From Nitrospirota bacterium (GTDB lineage: Bacteria; Nitrospirota; UBA9217): 64,000 nt of DNA. Each line of letters begins with the position of its first letter. Within the stretch, counting starts at the first letter, position 1. The position numbers were made by a program, and so were the translations under genes. Under the pieces are notes generated by a model, which saw only the letters and a program-made list of their open reading frames with translations, did no database searches and had not been told where the DNA came from. The stretch lies in NCBI GenBank assembly GCA_963845065.1, contig CAWJQQ010000005.1:224001-288000 (forward strand), read 5' to 3'. Positions 59,383 to 64,000 of the stretch are shown here, one piece after another.

Positions 59383-60075
59383 ATGCTTCTGTGTGACTTT
59401 CATATTCACACCACTTTTTCCGACGGTTCGCTGGAGATGAGAAAGACGGTTGATCTGTTCGGCCAAGCCGGTTTTGATGTTATTGCGATTACAGACCATG
59501 TTGTGAACGGTGACAACGTGATGGGAAAATTCGCAAGAAGCTTCAATCTGTCTGTCAAGGGGGACAACTTCGATGAATATCTTTCCACAGTCCTTATTGA
59601 GAAGGAGCGAGCATGGGAGAAATACGAGATGTTGGTGATCCCCGGTGTCGAGATCAGCAAGAATTATCTATCGAAGGACGAATCGGCCCATCTTCTTATT
59701 CTGGATATCAAGGAATTCGTTCCCGCCTGTATGAGTTACGAAGAGATCTTTCTTGAAGCAAAGCGCCAGGACACCCTGACCGTCGCCTGCCACCCACACC
59801 ATACACCGGACATGGTGAATAAAGATACGCTCTTTCTATGGAACAACCGCGATAAATATGCAAAATATATCGATGCCTGGGAAATCGCGAACCGGGACGA
59901 CGTGTTTAACGTGATCAGCTTGAAAAAATACCCCTATATCGCCAATAGCGATTTTCACAAGGCCCGGCACTTGTACTCTTGGAAAACGCTGCTTAATTGT
60001 GAAAAAAACGTGGAATCAGTGAAAAATTGCATACGACACAATAAGGGAGTAGCGATCACGCTTTTTAGGAATTAA
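59383..60075 (+). CDS. PHP-domain metallophosphoesterase
   Basis: DFHIHT..SDG; TDH; GVE; HPH; NSDFH. Confidence 0.92.
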   Translation: MLLCDFHIHTTFSDGSLEMRKTVDLFGQAGFDVIAITDHVVNGDNVMGKFARSFNLSVKGDNFDEYLSTVLIEKERAWEKYEMLVIPGVEISKNYLSKDESAHLLILDIKEFVPACMSYEEIFLEAKRQDTLTVACHPHHTPDMVNKDTLFLWNNRDKYAKYIDAWEIANRDDVFNVISLKKYPYIANSDFHKARHLYSWKTLLNCEKNVESVKNCIRHNKGVAITLFRN

Positions 60076-60125
60076 ACGATGATAGGTCTTTCAACAAATA
60101 TGTACCAGAATAAAGGAGGAGCCAC

Positions 60126-61367
60126 ATGACTATTTTTGTCATATGTGCGGCGATCTCAAGTATAGGGACCATTCTCTATTTGCTTCAGGTTGGAGCGGCA
60201 TATTCGCTCATTAAAAGAACACGTGAAACCAGCAAACGAACATCAACGCACGATCCAAACTATTCGCCGCCTATTTCGATTCTGAAACCACTTAGGGGAC
60301 TCGACGACAATCTTTTCGACAATCTGGCCAGCTTCTGCACTCAGGACTATCCAGAATACGAAATTCTTTTTTGCCTTCAGGACTTCAACGATCCAGCCTA
60401 CAAAGTAGCAAAAAAAATCAAGGATAAATACGCCAACCGGAATATATCCCTCGTCATCGAGAAGTGCAATGTGGGACTCAACCCCAAGATCAATAACCTT
60501 ATCCCCGCTTATAAAAAATCCCGCTATCCTTACATACTTATAAGTGACAGCAACGTTATGGTGGACAAGTATTATCTGCGAGAGATCACTCGCCATACTA
60601 AAGACCCCGAGGTTGGGCTTGTCAACAATCTGATCCAAGGAGTTGGGGGACGCAGCCTCGGTGCACTTTTTGAAAATCTTCATTTGAACTCGTTTATAAT
60701 CGGAAGCGTCAGCTTCCTCGATAAGTTCTTTGGAATGCCCTGCGTTATCGGTAAGTCCATGCTCATGAAGAAGGACGATCTGGAGGTGCTGGGAGGTCTG
60801 TTTGCGTTTAAAGACATCCTGGCGGAGGATTTCATCATCGGAAGGGAGATGAGGCGGAGCGGGAAAAGAATCGCCCTGTCAAATTATCTGATCAGAAATG
60901 TAAACGAATACTGGGGCGTTAAACGTTTTTTGAACCGTCATACGCGATGGGGAAAGCTCAGATGGAAGATTGGCGGGGCCAAATACTTTTCAGAACTTCT
61001 TGCCAATCCCGTATTTATCGCCACACTGCCAGTCCTGTTCAGAGGGCCTTCGCGCGAAACAATCTCCTGTGCGGTCCTTGTGGGCCTCGTAAAAATTCTC
61101 GGCGATGCCTTTATCGGGAGAGCCATCGAGACTTCATCCTCAGAGACTAATTTCCACAAACAGTCTCAGGTCGTCTATTTTCTGGCCCCGTTGAAAGACA
61201 TTCTTATTGGAATTCTATGGTTTGTGCCACTACTGAGCTCCACCGTGGTCTGGCGGGGAAATCGGTATTTAATAGGACGGGATTCGCGTTTGTCGCCCTG
61301 TCCAGAGACCGGCTTCTGGTCATGGAGTTATCGTATTACGGATAACATTCGCGCTCGCATAGCTTAA
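60126..61367 (+). CDS. GT21/GT2 glycosyltransferase (ceramide glucosyltransferase/HpnI/Pgt-like)
   Basis: ISILKPLRG; NPKINNL; ISDSN; LAED; RHTRW; WRG..Y; N- and C-terminal TMs. Confidence 0.92.
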   Translation: MTIFVICAAISSIGTILYLLQVGAAYSLIKRTRETSKRTSTHDPNYSPPISILKPLRGLDDNLFDNLASFCTQDYPEYEILFCLQDFNDPAYKVAKKIKDKYANRNISLVIEKCNVGLNPKINNLIPAYKKSRYPYILISDSNVMVDKYYLREITRHTKDPEVGLVNNLIQGVGGRSLGALFENLHLNSFIIGSVSFLDKFFGMPCVIGKSMLMKKDDLEVLGGLFAFKDILAEDFIIGREMRRSGKRIALSNYLIRNVNEYWGVKRFLNRHTRWGKLRWKIGGAKYFSELLANPVFIATLPVLFRGPSRETISCAVLVGLVKILGDAFIGRAIETSSSETNFHKQSQVVYFLAPLKDILIGILWFVPLLSSTVVWRGNRYLIGRDSRLSPCPETGFWSWSYRITDNIRARIA

Positions 61368-61418
61368 TCATAGCATACAGTGCTGTGTACTTCGATATAA
61401 TTAGAAAGGAGCGTCTCA

Positions 61419-63272
61419 ATGCTGGAACAAGCTCCGTCGAACAGAATTTTTAACCTGAGCGTCGAGTTCAAGAACCCGCTGCAGAACAAACTGTTTTCGC
61501 TGCTCAAAGGGCCGATAGAGCATGTCCTCGCTTTTCCCCGATTGAACCAGATCTACGATGATGTCAGTAAGCTGCATGATAACCGGCCGTTCCCGGACAA
61601 GATCCTGGAACGGCTCGGCGCATCTTATGATCTTCCGGAGGAGGACCTCGCTCGAATTATGATAACCAATGGTCCCGTGATCGTAGTGGCTAACCATCCT
61701 TTCGGAGGCATTGAAACCGTTATCCTTGCATCGGTTCTCCGCAAGATACGTGGCGATGTCAAGTTTATGGCTAACTACATGCTGAATATAATACCTGAAA
61801 TACGGGATTTATTGATAACCGTAAACCCCTTCAAGGGAACGACATCGGTTCGTGACAACTATAAACCGATCAGGGAATCCATCCAGTGGGTGCAAAACGG
61901 TGGTATGCTAGTAGTTTTTCCCTCTGGGGCAGTCTCCCACTTTATTGCTCGGAAAGGCACAATAACTGATCCTGACTGGAGTCCGAGCATTGCACGTATC
62001 GTCCGAAAGACTGGGGCGCCGGTGCTCCCGGTGTTTTTTCAGGGAACAAACAGTGCGGTCTTTCATATGGCGGGCATGGTTCATCCGCTTCTGCGCACAG
62101 CGATGCTGCCGAATGAATTGCTTAATAAAGAACATAAGGAAATCAAGGTACGCTTCGGAGACCTCATCTCCTTCATGAAACTTAAATCTTTTGAGAATGA
62201 TGCGGATATGACGGCCTATTTAAGGCTTCGCACTTATATCTTGGAGCACTTCGGCGCCCGATCTAAGGTTCCCGGTATAGCGGCCTTTATGCAAAAGGCA
62301 AAACGCGATACCTATGGTGCCATTATGCCACCTCAGAACGCAGAAGTCATGGCGGGAGAAATCAGTCAATTGCCGCCGAGCCAGATACTTCATGAAAATG
62401 GTGAGCTTCTCGTGGTTCAAGCCACTGCCGACCAGATACCTCATATCCTGCTTGAGATCGGCAGGTTGCGAGAGATCGCCTTCCGCGCCATGGGAGAGGG
62501 GACCGGAAAAGCTTTAGACATTGACCGGTTCGACTATACTTATATTCACCTTTTCATATGGAATCATGAAAAAAATCAGGTTGTCGGCTCCTACCGTCTC
62601 GGCAAGACGGATGAAATCATGAAAAAGCATGGTGTTCGAGGACTTTATACGAACACTCTCTTCAGTTATCAACCGGCTTTTTTCGCACGGCTTGGCCCGG
62701 CGTTGGAAATGGGGCGTTCCTTCATACGGCTGGAGTACCAGAAATCCTTTGCTCCGCTTCTGCTCCTTTGGAAAGGAATCGGTAGGTTCGTTGTTGATAA
62801 CCCTCAGTATAAAATATTATTTGGACCTGTGAGCATAACCGACGAATACCATGTCCTATCGAAACAACTCATGGTCAGCTATCTGAAAAAAGCCAGATAC
62901 CAGGATGATGTGGCAGGATTTGTGAAAGCACGAAAGCCGCTTAGGTCAAAATCACTCAAAGGCTGGGATATCGATGCCGCTGCCCGCCTTCTCAAGGACA
63001 ATGTCGAGGATCTATCGGAACTGATATCCTGCGTGGAAAAGGACCGCAAGGGGGTCCCGATCCTGATGAAGCAGTATCTCAAACTCGGCGGCCTGATTGC
63101 CGGCTTTAATGTAGACCCGAGCTTTGGAAATGTCCTTGATGGTCTTATCATGGTGGACCTGACGAAGACCAAAAAGAGAATGCTGGAACGATATCTGGGC
63201 AAGGATGGTTCCCGTCAATTCCTGGCCTATCATGAAACCCTGGGCCAGGAACGACATGCAACCTGCGCTTGA
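61419..63272 (+). CDS. Bifunctional acyltransferase + GNAT (OlsF-like ornithine/aminolipid synthase)
   Basis: VANHPFGGIE and VFPSG (PlsC-type) N-terminus; EIGRLRE.AFR..GEG, DIDRFD, GSYR, LEMGRSF, FNVDP.F..LDG GNAT C-terminus. Confidence 0.9.
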   Translation: MLEQAPSNRIFNLSVEFKNPLQNKLFSLLKGPIEHVLAFPRLNQIYDDVSKLHDNRPFPDKILERLGASYDLPEEDLARIMITNGPVIVVANHPFGGIETVILASVLRKIRGDVKFMANYMLNIIPEIRDLLITVNPFKGTTSVRDNYKPIRESIQWVQNGGMLVVFPSGAVSHFIARKGTITDPDWSPSIARIVRKTGAPVLPVFFQGTNSAVFHMAGMVHPLLRTAMLPNELLNKEHKEIKVRFGDLISFMKLKSFENDADMTAYLRLRTYILEHFGARSKVPGIAAFMQKAKRDTYGAIMPPQNAEVMAGEISQLPPSQILHENGELLVVQATADQIPHILLEIGRLREIAFRAMGEGTGKALDIDRFDYTYIHLFIWNHEKNQVVGSYRLGKTDEIMKKHGVRGLYTNTLFSYQPAFFARLGPALEMGRSFIRLEYQKSFAPLLLLWKGIGRFVVDNPQYKILFGPVSITDEYHVLSKQLMVSYLKKARYQDDVAGFVKARKPLRSKSLKGWDIDAAARLLKDNVEDLSELISCVEKDRKGVPILMKQYLKLGGLIAGFNVDPSFGNVLDGLIMVDLTKTKKRMLERYLGKDGSRQFLAYHETLGQERHATCA

Positions 63273-64000
63273 GTACTTCAGGAAAAGACATCCCGATCCA
63301 TCAGCACACGTAGCGGATCCGGCAGTGCGAATGAATACGCTGTTCAATAAGCTGCTCTATCTCATTCCGCTCGGCGTCGTGGGCAATATAATCTATTCGA
63401 TCGCGGTCACCGATCATGCGATGATGAACTCGGTTATGCGATTTTCGCCCGCTTACTTGGTCCTCGCACTGTTTCTTTGCATCGTTCCCTGGTTTACCGG
63501 ATCATTAAGGCTATTTATCTGGAGCAAGTTCCTCGGGAAAAGCCAGCGTTACCGTGACATGTTTGCTATCGCGATAGGCGCGGAACTCGGCGCAGCTGCA
63601 AGTCCTCCCGTGGTCGGCGGAGGACCAATAAAAATCTGGATGCTTATGCAGCGGGGTTTCTCCGGAGGCGCAGCACTGTCCCTTGCAATGATTGAAGGTT
63701 TCGAAGACGCTCTTTTTTTTCTCATCATGGTTCCCATTGCTCTCACGATCTCTTCAGCATGGGACCTGCCGATCATCAGGCGTTCCACAGTAGAACTTGG
63801 GCAATTATCATTCTGGATTTTACCGGGAACGGCAATCTTTTTTCTTCTTGCAGGCATACTCGTGGTAGGCTATCGTGCAAAAAGAATAAGAGAGCGCTTT
63901 CCTGCTTTTCGTATGATTGCAGGTCACATCAAGACTTCATACCATGAATTCTCTAAAACGTTTCGCAACATCATCTTAAAGGGTAAAATCTTTTTTGCGT
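63256..64000 (+). CDS. LPG-synthase TM / flippase-like membrane protein (partial)
   Basis: Manual translation MQPALEYF...; multiple TMs; SPPVVGGGPIKIWML..RG.SGG.A motif; start overlaps previous stop; runs off window. Confidence 0.8.
   Translation, partial: MQPALEYFRKRHPDPSAHVADPAVRMNTLFNKLLYLIPLGVVGNIIYSIAVTDHAMMNSVMRFSPAYLVLALFLCIVPWFTGSLRLFIWSKFLGKSQRYRDMFAIAIGAELGAAASPPVVGGGPIKIWMLMQRGFSGGAALSLAMIEGFEDALFFLIMVPIALTISSAWDLPIIRRSTVELGQLSFWILPGTAIFFLLAGILVVGYRAKRIRERFPAFRMIAGHIKTSYHEFSKTFRNIILKGKIFFA

Noticed and set aside
1..64000. tRNA, rRNA, transposase, integrase, phage or defence genes
   Set aside because: None recognised in the window; motAB and flagellin genes are also absent and presumably lie elsewhere

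Overview
Bacterial chromosome segment. Gene content and sequence style suggest Nitrospirota (Thermodesulfovibrionia-like) or a deltaproteobacterial relative; this is an inference. Bases 1-54,000 form a large flagellar and chemotaxis supercluster. It holds flgK'-N-M-J-I-H-A-G-F, a SwrB/DUF2802-like coiled-coil gene with 3 x 141-bp repeats, an HDOD gene, an oppositely oriented fliK-flgD-flgE unit, and three intact MCPs plus a stand-alone Cache protein. The chemotaxis operon reads HEAT-cheR-RR-cheY-cheA-(CheW::CheZ fusion)-2 hemerythrins-cheB and contains three eroded chemoreceptor remnants. It is followed by fliL-M-N-O-P-Q-R-flhB-A-F-G-fliA, two sigma54 enhancer-binding proteins with a TPR protein and a PAS kinase, flgBC-fliEFGHIJ-motE and a PilZ protein. 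The regulatory cascade is legible in the DNA: six sigma54 promoters split between two palindromic enhancer motifs, and two sigma28 promoters. Bases 54,000-64,000 form a phosphate-starvation region. It carries an orphan PhoB-like regulator, three promoters sharing a Pho-box-like TGTAAC-N10-TAnnnT layout, a psiE pseudogene, a GH1 glycosidase, small ORFs, and an operon (PHP phosphoesterase, GT21 glycosyltransferase, OlsF-like acyltransferase, LPG-synthase/flippase-like membrane protein) that looks like a phosphorus-free membrane-lipid remodelling system. The strongest novelty candidates are the CheW-CheZ/hemerythrin chemosensory module and the Pho-controlled lipid operon. All calls are by eye from motifs and context; no database searches were run.
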